Below, piece after piece: positions 26,008 through 38,582 of a stretch of 64,000 nucleotides of DNA. Position 1 is the stretch's first letter; every line of letters begins with the position of its first letter. The translations under genes were made by a program, and so were the position numbers. This stretch comes from Octopus vulgaris (Eukaryota): NCBI GenBank assembly GCA_951406725.2, contig OX597819.1, positions 47,244,001-47,308,000 of the forward strand. The letters are read 5' to 3'. The notes beneath the pieces were generated by a model that ran no database searches, was not told the origin of the DNA, and saw nothing but the letters and a program-made list of their open reading frames with translations.

Positions 26008-26442
26008 ATACATTATTATTGAAATCGCAGAGGGACACAAACTTAAAAATGGCTGGTGGGATATCATATCTTCCCTTCTGTTGCTCTGTTGGTAGGGGCT
26101 CATATGTTATTAGCACAGCCCATACCTGAAAACGTGTAACATACAGACAAAAGAGGCACTTGGGCCTCAAAAAGTAAATGTATAGCTGTCATTACTTTCC
26201 CGAAAAGCATTAATGAAATATCCAAAATGACGAAAGTCTAACTGGGAATTGAAATCAAAGTGCACCAGTCCACAGCAGTCCTTACTCATTTAATGTATCT
26301 TATTAACGAATCATCTTTGCTTGGCTGAGTTTCATTTGATGAATATTGCTGTCTTGCATGGACTGCAAAAACCAGCACTTTGACTTAACAACACATTTCA
26401 CCATTCTTGTAAATTTGCAGTTGAGAATCCATTATATATATA

Positions 26443-26912
26443 CAGTTGAGAGTCCATTATCCAAAATTCCAGGGATCGAAAGTGTTGCAGATTTTGAATT
26501 TTTTCTTATTTCAGAGTATATTTATATTTTCATCTATAAAACGGGACAGGTTGGAGATGGGACCCAATATCCATTAACGTTTTATAATATAACTTATACA
26601 TATACCTTGGGTGTAGTTTTATATAAATATTTAATAATAATCATTTTTATGCCTAATACCATCAGAAAGGTAAGATATCAGTCTCTACCTATGATGTCAT
26701 GTATTTGTTGTTGTTTTTTACCATACAACTCACCTGAGCTGGGGGGAAGCTCTACCCAGGGTAGGTGAGGTTATATATGTCATAACAACATACAACAGTT
26801 GTACTTGGTGGAGCCTTCCCAGCACTTTGTGAAACTTTCCAATTGTGGTGTGTCATGTCAGCATTCAAAAAATGTTCAGATTTTGGAATTCCAGATAAAG
26901 GATTTTCAACTG
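26443..26912. mobile_element. Tigger/pogo-type MITE resembling Tigger4/MER46
   Basis: TA TSD; TIRs CAGTTGAGAGTCCATTATCC / CCAGATAAAGGATTTTCAACTG. Confidence 0.8.
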
Positions 26913-27169
26913 TATAATGAATTATTGGGCTGGAAAAGATGGAGCAAATGATAAAGAAACAGTGACTGTATCGAGAGTGGTGCTTTGAGGGACACATTTC
27001 TGAGTTCAGATACTGTTAGTGTTAACTTTTGATTATCATATCATTAGTGTTCATAAAATGGTAGCAGTAATATATTGGGATGGCTTGTCAATTATATTGT
27101 ATCTTTTCAAAAGACATCCTTATTATTCATATATATATATATACAATATGTATTTTCTTATGTTGTCAG

Positions 27170-27394
27170 GAGGAAGAACAGAAACGTTTGGAATTGGAGA
27201 TGCAAAAACGGCGAGAGCGAATCGAGAAATGGCGTGCTGAAAGGAAAAAGAAGCAAGAACTGATTCCAATCAATATTGCACTACCATCGAAAAAATGGAG
27301 TCTTGAAGATGACGACGATGATGATGAAGAAGAAGAGAAGAAAGATATCAATGGAGCTAATGACGAAATAGATCCTCTTGATGCCTATATGATG
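27170..27394 (+). CDS. DDX46: DDX46 exon 4
   Basis: EEEQKRLELEMQKRRERIEKWR...KWSLEDD...EIDPLDAYMM, including the Prp5/DDX46 DPLD motif. Confidence 0.95.
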
Positions 27395-27656
27395 GTAAGG
27401 AGGAATTTCAGGAGTATATTGCTTATTGTATCTGTTGATATATTAATCTTTAGCATGCTGGTAACTATAATCATAGTATCACCATCATCATCATCATCCT
27501 TTTAACATTCACTTTTCCATGCTTGCATGGGTTGAATGAGGTTTACACTAGGCAGATTTTCTACCATTTGCCCTTGCTGTGGCCAACCCTCACCTCTTTC
27601 CAAGCAAGATAATATTTTTGCAGAACATTGGAAGTGAATGAAAGTGCTTGTGCAAT

Positions 27657-28067
27657 ACTCTTTTACTTGTTTCAGTCATTTGACTGCAGCCATGCTGGAG
27701 CACCGCCTTTAGTCAAGAAAATCGACCCCAGGACTTATTCTTTGTAAGCCTAGTACTTATTCTATTGGTCTTTTTTCCCGAACCGCTAAGTTAAGGGGAC
27801 ATAAACACACTACCCATCGGTTGTCAAGCGATGTTGTGGGGACAAACACAGACACACAAACATATACACTCACATACATGCATATATATATATATATTTA
27901 TATATGATGGGCTTCTTTCAGCTTCCATCTACCAAATCCACTCACAAAGCTTTGGCCAGCCCAAGGCTATAGTAGAAGACACTTGTCCAAGGTGCCATGC
28001 AGTGGGAATGAACCCAGAACCATGTGGTTGGTAAACAAGCTACTTACCACACAGCCATTCCTGCACC
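27657..28067 (-). mobile_element. SINE family A
   Basis: Full-length inverted copy. Confidence 0.85.
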
Positions 28068-29456
28068 TATGAATGGCGACAGTCATTTTACAACTACCAT
28101 GTAATGTTAACAACTACAAGGATACAAACACACACATATGAATGACAGGCTTCTTTCAGTTTCTGTCTACCAAATCCACTCACGAGGCTAATATTTTATT
28201 ATGTTATACTATTGCAATGCAATATAATGGAATTACATTATACTACTGTAATGAGTCATTGAGTCATTATTTAAATACGACTGAGATCTTTGGCATTATG
28301 TCATGCTTGAGAAGACCCATCAAGCCAAGCAAAATTGCAATGGTAGCAGATACCCATTACACTCTCAGAGTGGTTGGCGTTAGAAAAGGCATCCAGCCAT
28401 AGAAAACCATGCCAAATCAAACTGGAGTCTGATGCAGCCTTTCAGCTTACCAGCCCTGGCCAAACCATCCAGCTCATGGACATTAAATGATGATGATGAG
28501 GACGATGACAACAACGAATGCACTTATAAAAATATTTTCCATAAAGATGCTGCCTTCATTATAGTAGATTTTGAAATGATTTTGCTTATGAAATTCTTTG
28601 TGTTGTTTTGAGAATGGTCTTGCATAACTTTACTAAAGCCAAGTCTTGTTGATGATTTCATTGACAGAACAATGACTGATTTTCTCATTATATACCACTT
28701 CATCAATAATCGTCAATCTGTTCATTAGAACCATGACATAGATTTATTCAATGTTGTTATCAGCACAGGGTGTGGTCCCTTTTTTGTTGCCTGACACATG
28801 TGAGGGTCATGTGATTGAGAAGTTCACTTCCCATCCTATGGTATCAGAGGTATGGTCCCTCCATGCACCACCTTGGACAAGTGTCATCTACTATAGCAGC
28901 AGGCCGACCTTTTGAATGGATTTGGTAGATGGAAAACTGAAAGAAGCCTGACGTGTGTGTCTGTTTACATCTGCAACTCCTTGTGCAAAAGACCAGCAGG
29001 TGGTGATGTTGTCAGTTTCTCCTGATAGCAAATCATCTGGTCACTTCATATCTTTAAAGCTATGTGGAATGGGAGATTCCTTGCTTGAAAAACAGATAAG
29101 GGTTGGGTTAGCAGGAAGGGCATTTGGCTATAAAACAATGCTACACATTATCATCATCAGGGAATGAATTTGCTGGCAGTCTGTAGTAACAAAACACTTT
29201 TCCACTACTCTATTGAATGCCTTTGGTGGATTTCTCAGGCCCCAGAAAATGTATCCCTGAATGCTGCTCTTCTTTAGATCAAATAGAAAACGAAAACAGC
29301 AGCTGGGATGAACATAATAACTACAGCTTAATTGATGTTTCAACTTCAGACTTGCTCTATAGTAGCTTGAGGGACATCATGTCTGGTAATGCATGTGTTA
29401 TTAATTTTGCTGCTATATAGCATATATTTTCCCTCACTTACTGTCTCTATGTAACA

Positions 29457-29493
<37 letters not shown>

Positions 29494-29630
29494 GAGGTGT
29501 GTTCTGTTAAGAATGTATAAGAGAACAAATAGAGTGAATTGAAACCGTTAGCATTTGTTAGTTTCAAAGAAGAAGCCATGGATGTTGTAGCATGGAAATC
29601 TAGATTTACTTATGGAGACAGCAACTGAGT

Positions 29631-29747
29631 ATCGCCTGAGGAGATACATAGATCTTATACAGGTAGATTAATATATAATTTAATTTAAACTTAACTTTAA
29701 ATCCTGTGTATACGAGGATCTGTATGTATTGAAACATTTGTTGTGAT
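29631..29747 (+). ncRNA. Type-I hammerhead ribozyme-like motif with long helix II (probably a Penelope-like element relic)
   Basis: Helix I ATCGC/GTGAT, core CTGAGGA, helix II GATACATA-GATC / GATC-TG-TATGTATT extended by TATACAGG/CCTGTGTA, core GAAA, helix III CA/TG, triplet GTT. Confidence 0.6.
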
Positions 29748-30000
29748 TAAAAAGATGCCTAACCGTACTTACTCTTCCTTTTGACCCTTTTTTACTTTGT
29801 GTGTGTGTGTGTGTAACTACTTATTGCTACTGTGTTGCACAGTTCCCACTCCCTATCACTTTGAAACATATTCTCTAGTCTCTCTCACACACACGCACCA
29901 GTGCCCCTAATTTTCCTCCCTGTCAACTATCCTTAATGTTACCCAATTTATAGATTTGTGACATGTCTTACTTGACCTTACCTTTTCTTTCTTCCTGTAG

Positions 30001-30081
30001 AGTGTCAATGAAGAAGTTAAACAAATCCGAGACAAGAACAGCGACAAGACTCAAGATAATGCTCCTAAAGCTGAAAGTGGG
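30001..30081 (+). CDS. DDX46: DDX46 exon 5
   Basis: SVNEEVKQIRDKNSDKTQDNAPKAESG; ctgtag / gtaaga. Confidence 0.88.
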
Positions 30082-30244
30082 GTAAGACAAAAAATTTGTA
30101 CACACTTGTTCTCTCCCTGTCTCTGTCTCTATCTCTCTCTCTATCTCTATCTCTCTATCTTTTCTACTCACACTCTCCTTCTTTATATCTCTTTCTCTCC
30201 CCCATTTCTTCCTAGCCTGTCTCATTCTTATACTGTCATTGTAA

Positions 30245-30793
30245 CCCTTTAGCGTTTAACCTGGCCATCATCATCATCATCATCATTTAGCGTCCGCTTT
30301 CCATGCTAGCATGAGTTGGACGGTTCAACTGGGGTCTGGGAAGCCAGAAGGCTGCACCAGGCCCAGTCTGATCTGGCAGTGTTTCTACAGCTGGATGCCC
30401 TTCCTAACGCCAACCACTCCATGAGTGTAGTTGGTGCTTTTTACGTGCCACCGGCACAGGTGCCAGACGGGGCTGGCAAACGGCCACAGTCGGATGGTGC
30501 TTTTTACGTGCCACCAGCACAGGGGCCAGGCGTGGCTGGCAACGGCCACGATCGGATGGTGCTTTTTACGTGCCACCGTAAAAAGCACCATCCGATATCT
30601 GGCCAAAATATTCTACTTGCTTTATGTACAAATAGGACAGATCTGATCCCTCACACCTACCCTGCAATGTCATTCTACAAATAAAACAATCACATCACCA
30701 AAATCTCAAAGCTACAGGGTAATGCATGATTAATTTCAAACAATGTGAATAAATAAGGATTACATTTGACAGAGTAATCTGAATACTAAAGGG
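30245..30793. mobile_element. piggyBac-type MITE family 2 (copies also at ~22371-22823, ~40105-40490 and ~63648-64000), interrupted by an RTE tail
   Basis: TAA|CCCTTTAGCG...TACTAAAGGG|TTAA termini; shared internal CATTTGACAGAGTAATCTGAAT. Confidence 0.7.
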
Positions 30794-32233
30794 TTAAACA
30801 CACACACACACATCCACTTTCATTTTCTTCTGTCTTTTAGTTTTTTCACTATTTTTGTATCTTGAACTCTCTCTTACCTCTTTATTCCATCTCATTCTTT
30901 CTGAATGTATATAACTGCCACACTCTGTTTTTCTCCTCTCACTCTCTATGTTTCTCTCCTTTTCTCATACATCAAGTCTAACTCTTCACCACAATGCCTT
31001 GATAGGACCCTCACTAAAACTGCCATTTTCTACAGCTCTCTATCACTTTGACTGCTGGACAGATTGGCTCTCAAATGGTACATCATGGAGTTGCCCTTGC
31101 ATGCAGGCTCATCCCCTTGCAACCCTCTCCAGCTAAGCATCTTTAATCTTGTGGGTTCGTAGTTGCTGGAGCACTGCCTTGAAAGGTTTTTGTCGAACAA
31201 TTTGACCCTGGGACTTATTTTTTTATGTCCTAGTACTTATTCTATTGGTCTCCTTGCCGAACCGCTAAGCTACAGGGACGTAAACACAGCAGCATTAGTT
31301 GTCAAGTGATGGCAGGTGGGGAGGACAGACAAACACACACACACACACATATTTACACACACAGTGGGCTTTTTTCAGTTACTGTCAACCAAATCCACTT
31401 GCAAGGCTTTGGTCGGCCTAAGGCTATAGCAGAAGACACTGACCCAAGGTGCCATGCAGTAGAACTGAACCCAGAACCATGTGGTTGGGAAGCAAGCTTC
31501 TTTCCACACAGCCACGCCTGTGCTAAATGTTTACCTCTAATGCATTAAAAAAGCAAACTTTGTTTACTTTCATCATAATTTGAATTTACAACCCACACCT
31601 TATAAAGCTAGATTTATAAGCTCAAAAATTGCAGATTAATCTGTTAGTGGGTAGGTTAGCTTAATGGTAAAGCACTATGACCAGTAATCACAGGGATGTG
31701 AGTTTGAGTTTCATGGCTGGCCACTGGCAAATTTTTCTGCAAAAATATGGATATTTTATCCTGTTCCTGCTATTCTGTTAGCATTATTCTGCATTTGAGA
31801 ATTAATTACTTCTGTATCTATTGTTTTGTTTGTTTGTTTTTGCTTTTTGTTTTAACCTTTCATATGAAATACACCAATAATTTTTAACTTCCCATGTGAA
31901 ACCATCATCATCAGTAATTTCTTGTTTGTTCTCCAGTGCTCCATAGTGTCAGAATGATTTCAGTAGCACTACCCATTACACTCACGGAGTGGTTGGCGTT
32001 AGGAAGGGCATCCAGCTGTAGAAACATGCCAGATAAGACCGGAGCCTGGTGCAGCCTTCTGGCTTCCCAGATCCCCAGTCGAACCGTCCAACCCATGCTA
32101 GCATGGAGAACGGACGTTAAACGATGATGATGATGATAGACCTACATCAATGCTTTTATAACTGTCATTTTTAAATCACTATTTCTAATATGATCAGTAA
32201 AACTTGTATATTTCTTCTCTTCTGTGTTTGTAG

Positions 32234-32350
32234 CCAAGTGTCAACAATGCTGTGAATAAAGTGACTATGATTAAAGCCGTAGTGAAAAAGAAGGAAGATA
32301 CCAGTAAACTGAAAGGGGAACTCATGGAGAATAATGTTGATGCAATGGAG
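32234..32350 (+). CDS. DDX46: DDX46 exon 6
   Basis: PSVNNAVNKVTMIKAVVKKKEDTSKLKGELMENNVDAME, with the KGELMEN motif. Confidence 0.92.
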
Positions 32351-32769
32351 GTAAAGGAAATAATTGTTTTTGAGTATTTAACATTTTGCCTGGTGTTGTT
32401 TTTTATTTTTTTTTGTTTAATTTTTTTATAATTTTACACTCAGTAAGATAATTGGTGCACTCTGTTAAGTGGTTAGTGATAAGAAGGGCATCAAGCCATA
32501 AAGGAAATGTGTGAGCAGGACTTGATCCTCTGAGCCATCATGGATTAAGAATTGACTTAGACCATGACAGCCCATCTAATAGGTGATAATAGGAGAAAAT
32601 GGACATAAAACAATGGTGGTAGCAGCAACTATTGTTGTCATCAAGGAGGAAGAGGGAAAAAGGAAGTGCCTGTCCCTTTTTGTCAAGGTCTCCAAGACTT
32701 GTGAGAGGAAATTATCCTCAAATCATAAACTTGCTCTAAATCCTTATAACAAAGTGTGAACTCCCAGAT

Positions 32770-32948
32770 GTGTGTGACTTCTCTGCTGTAGATCCACTGG
32801 TGTAACTGCTCCAGTGTTACTCTAACGATGTGACTGCTCTGTTGTGACTCCACTGGTGTGACTGTTCTGCTGTGGCTGCTCTATTGTGGCTCCACGTGTG
32901 TGCCAGCTCTATTGTGACTCCCCTAGTGTAACCGCTACTGTGGCTCCA
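32770..32948. repeat. Degenerate minisatellite (GTGTGACTGCTCT / GTGGCTCC units)
   Basis: Repeated short units visible by eye. Confidence 0.55.
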
Positions 32949-33264
32949 TATATGAAAAAAAAAAACCTTTGCAGTTATTTATATGCTGTTCTGTTATTGC
33001 TGCTGTTTAGCCTCAGATTAGTCATGATTAACCAGACATGTGATTAAAGCATTCCAAACATGACCATCCTGTCTTTTTTCCACATTATAATGTTGTGTCT
33101 AGCTGTTCAATATTCATTGTATCCTTGCCTTTTTTAGGTATAATTTGAGGGAGATTTGGCTGCTGTTTCTACCAGATCCAATAACTGCACAGAGACTTCC
33201 CTGTTTACTTATTGCCATTCTGTTTGCTTATATTCATATTAGCATCTTTTTATTTCTTTCACAG

Positions 33265-33330
33265 TATTCCTCGGAGGAAGAAGAAGAAGACCTTGATGTC
33301 ACAATGGCTGGAATGGTGAAGAAGAAGAAA
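33265..33330 (+). CDS. DDX46: DDX46 exon 7
   Basis: YSSEEEEEDLDVTMAGMVKKKK; tcacag / gtaagt. Confidence 0.92.
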
Positions 33331-34527
33331 GTAAGTTAAGTTTTAAAGCAACTTAGAGTGAGTTGGACTTGTCAACTTTCCTTAGTGTTTATCTGCCAAT
33401 CTTGCCTTTTGGTATCCAGTGAGAAATAAATCATTTTCTACATTGAGCATACATAATTGCCAATACAACACTCCCTCTCTCTCTTTCTATCTATCTATCT
33501 ATCTGTCTATCTGTGTTTTTTGCATGACATTATTGCCCAAAATTACTGTGGTCTATCCACAGATAAACCTAATCTGTTTTCCCTTTTTGCATTGACATTT
33601 CTCTGATACACGATCCCTATTGATCAGCTTTTTGGGTTTTTTTCCACAATCCCTTTTGATCAAAATTCGACCCACTTTTTTTTTTCTCTTCTTCCCAAAA
33701 AGAAAAGCTCTACTTTGTATTTTGTCCCCTCTGTGTTCAGCCCTGTGTGGCCAATAAAGAAACATATCTATCTATCTAATATATATGTTGTTTCATCATC
33801 ATCATCATCATTGTTTAACATCCGTTTTGCATGCTGGCATGGGTTGGACGGTTCGACTGGGGTCTGGGAAGCCAGGAGACTGCATCAGGCTTCAGTCTGA
33901 TCTGGTAGTGTTTCTACAACTGGATGCCCTTCCTAATGCCAACCACAGGAGCCAGAGGGGGCTGGCATCGACCACGATCAGATGGTGCTTTTTATGTGCC
34001 ACCAGCATGGATGCCAGTCAAGACAGTGCCGGCATCATCCACATTAGGGAGGTGCTTTTTACGTGCTGCCTGCATGGGGATCACAACTACAATTTCCATT
34101 TGAATGTGATTTGATTTGATTTGATTTTGATGTACTAGACTCAATAAGTCTCCTCAAGCACGGCGTGTCGCTCTACAATCCAAGGAACTTTTGAGTGGGC
34201 TGGTTATGCGACACTGGTGTGGGTTACAGCTGTGAACTCACTTTTATTTGCTGGGTCTTCTCAGTCACAGCATATCTCCAGAGGTCTCGGTCTTTTGTCA
34301 TTGCCTCTGTGCTGCAAGCAAGAGAGATGATGACACTCATTACATATAACAGAATTTAATAATTCATAACAAGCTTATTCCTCTGCACCATTTCTTCTTC
34401 AATTTTCCTGTTTCGAGCACTACTTTCATGGCACCTCGAAGAGTATGCCACATGTAAGAAACTGAAGAATACTTCAGCTTCAAGCAAATGAATATGTATC
34501 TGCCTGTGTGTATTTGTGTGCATATTT

Positions 34528-34558
<31 letters not shown>

Positions 34559-34661
34559 TAAATGTGTATCTCTATGTATTAGACAACTGCAATAAATAAC
34601 GGATTTTCTTTGCTATCCTTCCTTCCATTATCTCAGGCATGTATTTCAACTTCTACTTCAG

Positions 34662-34758
34662 GAACTAACATTGGTGGATCACACAAGAATATATTATGCA
34701 CCATTCAGAAAGAACTTTTACGTTGAAGTGCCAGAAATAGCAAGAATGACTCAAGTTG
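34662..34758 (+). CDS. DDX46: DDX46 exon 8
   Basis: ELTLVDHTRIYYAPFRKNFYVEVPEIARMTQV, with the FRKNFYVE motif. Confidence 0.93.
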
Positions 34759-36439
34759 GTATGTACAGTTTTCTCTTTAGAATCATTTTTTTTTTTTTTT
34801 TTGTTGTAATGTATTTCAATGTAATCTGATCATTCTTGTCTGTTCAACAATATTTTATTTAAAGTTGCAGTGGATATCACAAGATTGTATTTTTAGAATT
34901 CCTGGAGGAAAAATTGACTGTGATATACTTGTATCCTGTCCACAGAGGAATTTGTTCTCATTTCGTTATCATCATCATCATCATTATTTAGTATCCATTT
35001 TCCATGCTGACATGGGTTAGACAGTTTGACTGGAACTGGTAAGCTGGAGAGCTGCACCAGGCTTGTCTGTTTTGGCTTGGTTTCTATAGCTGGACGCCTT
35101 TCCTAATGCCATTCACTCCACAGAGTACCAGGTGCCTTTTACGTGTCACTGTCATGGGTGCTTTTAATGTGTCACCAGCACAGGTGCCTCTAACATGTTA
35201 CTGGCACAGGTGCCTTTTGCATGTCACAGGCATGGTTACCTATAGTCTGAAAATAATTTTAGGAATTTCTATGGTTCATGGATTTATTTACTTTTTCCAT
35301 GCTTTCGTTGGTAGCATGGTGGGTATTAACAAGATCATATGTAAAACAAGCAGACCTGTGACACTTGCCTTCAACTAAATTACCTAATGCAACCACTTAA
35401 AATCACATCCAACCATTTGAAAAATTATCTTTTTTGTAAATGGTTGGATGTGATTTAATGGAGATGTGACTGCTGTTTCTTGCTGTTCGAATGACCACAT
35501 AAAAACTCCATCATTAGTTCAAATCACTTAGAGGCTTTCTCACTGACTCAACTCAATTTGAGGCTCTCTTATTATTCCATCATATTAACACAAATTGGTA
35601 AATTTTGATTGTTAGCAGAAGACTGAATGATTGGAGCAGGATTTTATGTTGGGGTTTTTTTTTTTTTTTTTCTTTAACTTCCCTTTGGTCAAGAAGCTAT
35701 TTTCTTAACAACACAGCATTGCTTATATCTCATTAATTTATTAAACAAAACTTAGTGGTTATGGTGTTGAATTAAGAAGAAATATTATTGAAACCTAGTT
35801 TGTAACTCAGTAATGGTATTATCTACCTTGAAATATCACCCTTGTTTATTCAGGTTAAAAATAATTCACCTGCTAACACCTACTGATTGAGGAAGATCTT
35901 TTAAATACAAACAAAGGTCTTGATAAATAATATAAACTTTATAGCAGTTAACAACAGCCAAAATTTTATTTCGTTTTTTAAAAATTATACAAAATTTGAT
36001 TAGGTCCAAATTTTTATTACTTTTATATAATTTACTGTTCCATGATCATGTGTCCTGCTGAACTGTTTTACTTTACATGCTACAGGCTGCTTAACTGAAT
36101 ATTAGTTTCAAGTTTTAACACAAGGCCAGCAATTTCAGATGAGGGTCACTGTCTTAAAGAGTAGAAGTAGTTATATAGGAATCTTGTGCTTACTTGACTA
36201 GCACCTCGGTGATGATAATATTGGTTTTAAATTTCGGTGCAAGGCCAGCACTTTCTGGGTTGGGGTAAGTCAATTACATCAAACCTATTTATTCTATCGA
36301 CCCCGAAGAGGATGAAAGATAAAGTTGACCACAGCAGAATTTAAACTGAGAACGTAAAGATGGCTAAAATGCTGCTAAGCATTTTATCCGGCATGCAAAC
36401 GATTCTGCCAGCTTGCTGCCTTTAGCTTAACTGAATATT

Positions 36440-36672
36440 TATTTCTTTGTTGCTCACAGGGGGCTAAACATAGAGGGGACAAACAAGGACAGATAAAGGG
36501 ATTAAGTCGATTACACCAACCCCAATGCGTAACTGGTACTTATTTAATCGACCCTGAAAGGATGAAAGGCAAAGTCGACCCAGCGGAATTTGAACTCAGA
36601 ATGTAACGGCAGACGAAATACTGCTAAGCATTTTGCCCAGCTTGCTAACAATTCTGCCAGCTCGCTGTCCTG
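36440..36672 (-). mobile_element. SINE family B
   Basis: TSD TTAACTGAATATT; adjacent older copy at ~36220-36425. Confidence 0.8.
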
Positions 36673-36796
36673 TTAACTGAATATTGGAACCACTCCCAGG
36701 TTTTGGATGAGATATGTGCATTTGGGAGGAAGGAAGGGGCCTCCAACAATCTAAGTATTTCATTAAACACAGACAGTCACCGGAAATATATTTATA

Positions 36797-37192
36797 CTAG
36801 CAGTATCGCCCGGCGTTGCTCGGGTTTGTAAGGGAAATAACTATATAAGCATTTTTAGAGAGTTATAGCCAAAAAATAGGGAAAAAATGCATTAAAAATG
36901 GGAAAAAAATTAAGGTAAATTTCTTTTTAAATCGTTGACACATCGTAGATATTTTTAGAGAGTTACTTCCCTTATATAATAGCGAAAAAATGCATTAAAA
37001 TGGAAAAATATGATGGTAAATTTTTTTAAATCGTAGACTCATCGTAGACGCGCGCTAATACCCAGAAGGGCTCGATATGACTCACGACTATAAGATACCC
37101 AGTTTTGGTTACACTGCACCGCAAAATGTGGGAGTAGTTAGGAATCTAAATCGTAGGAGACAGACACACAACTTCACTCTTATATATAAAGA
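36797..37192 (-). mobile_element. Non-autonomous Helitron
   Basis: 5' TC, subterminal hairpin CCCGAGCAACGCCGGG, 3' CTAG, inserted between A and T, no TSD. Confidence 0.8.
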
Positions 37193-37304
37193 TATAAGTC
37201 ACGTAGTTATATACACATACTTTGTTATATACACATTCTTAAAAGAAAATGTTATTTTGAATACAACATTTATAAAGAATAAAATATTTTTTGGTTTTTC
37301 TTAA

Positions 37305-37930
37305 CCCTTTCGTTACTATATTTCTGACCAAAATACACCCCTTATGTGTTTCAATTAATTTCTAACGTAATCATAAATTTAGTCTGGTTTCATTAAACAA
37401 CAATAACTTTTTTATTTATCAATATATTAACGTGAATTTTGGAAGATAATTTAATGAAATGTCCTCAACCAATTCTATACTGTAATTTTTGTCACAAAGT
37501 GACTCTAATTGCAGGTAGATACAGGTAAATTCAACAATATATAAAATTATTAAAATTTTGTTCAAACATCGCTATAGAAAATGGGTTATTAGCTAATATT
37601 CAATTGGGTATACAACAAAATTTTACGATAGAATTTGTTATTCTGGGTAACTTTCTGATACCCATAATAATATTTATGGCAAAATAGGCCTTAATTTCAT
37701 TTAAGGTTGTGGGAAATAACAAACTATCCTTTCTTTCGTTTTGTTTACGTTTAGCGTAATGTTTCGTTTCTGCCGTAATGATTTCAAATGGGCTCATTCG
37801 AAAGAGTAAATAGAAATAGTCTAAGGCTTTACTCTTCTGGGAAAGTCTGTGGCTTGGTGCAGTTTCTTCAGAAAAATCACCGAAAGAAACAGTTTTTAAA
37901 TTTTCACTCCATTCAGGTACCAATTCGTTT
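37305..37930 (-). mobile_element. Truncated piggyBac element with transposase N-terminal fragment
   Basis: TTAA|CCCTTTCGTTAC terminus at 37301; ORF 37600-37923 LDYFYLLF...IITAETKHYA...TTLNEIKAYFAINIIMGIRKLP. Confidence 0.8.
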
Positions 37931-38461
37931 TCTTTATCGCTGTCGGATTCACTGTTTTCACTTTAATAGCTGCAAACTTGCAAAGACAAAGGAGGAGAAG
38001 GGTGATAGCGTCAGTGAAACAATTCGCTCCCTTTGTGTGTGTGTGCGTTTGCGTGTGGTGTAAACCACATTAAGAAAAACATTTGACATACACACCAGAA
38101 TGTGAGTTTTCTGTAAATTTTGCTTAATTGGAGTTTAAATTTTAAAAACTGGACCTGGCATGACCCGATGCATTCTACTCTTAAAAATGCTAGGTAAATT
38201 GTAATTGAAGAAATCCTATATTGTAGATTTCTATAAGATACAAAGGGAGGCAGATAAAATCTGCCTTTTATAATAAGAGATGCATGTACTTCTATCACAG
38301 CGTTAGAGATACCATTCTTGAAGCTTTTATTAAAAAAAATCTTATTTTTGGTCTTCAGTCCTCTAATTTTTTTTTTGTTTTGTCTTTTTAAATGTTTTCT
38401 CTAGATAATTTTCGTCCAATTAATAATGCTCTTCATTGTTGTTCTTCTTTTCTGTTATCAG

Positions 38462-38582
38462 AAGTGGAAGAGTTGCGTCTTGACTTAGAAGGAATTAAAG
38501 TCCACGGAAAAGGATGCCCGAAAACGATCCGTACATGGGCACAGTGTGGAGTTAGTAAGAAAATTATGGATGCATTAAAAAA
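38462..38582 (+). CDS. DDX46: DDX46 exon 9
   Basis: EVEELRLDLEGIKVHGKGCPKTIRTWAQCGVSKKIMDALKK. Confidence 0.93.

Noticed and set aside
30430-30580. CRISPR-like repeat-spacer pattern (GTGCTTTTTACGTGCCACC units)
   Set aside because: Eukaryotic context, no cas genes, spacers resemble each other, and the pattern is part of a dispersed RTE 3'UTR.
31648-31725. tRNA-like sequence (GCTTAATGGTAAAGC...GAGTTTGAGTTTC)
   Set aside because: Acceptor and T stems do not pair well; likely a decayed SINE head or tRNA pseudogene.
34631-34661. Upstream TCTCAG acceptor as the start of DDX46 exon 8
   Set aside because: Adds 25 nt and breaks frame; 34662 gives the conserved reading. Minor unproductive use cannot be excluded.
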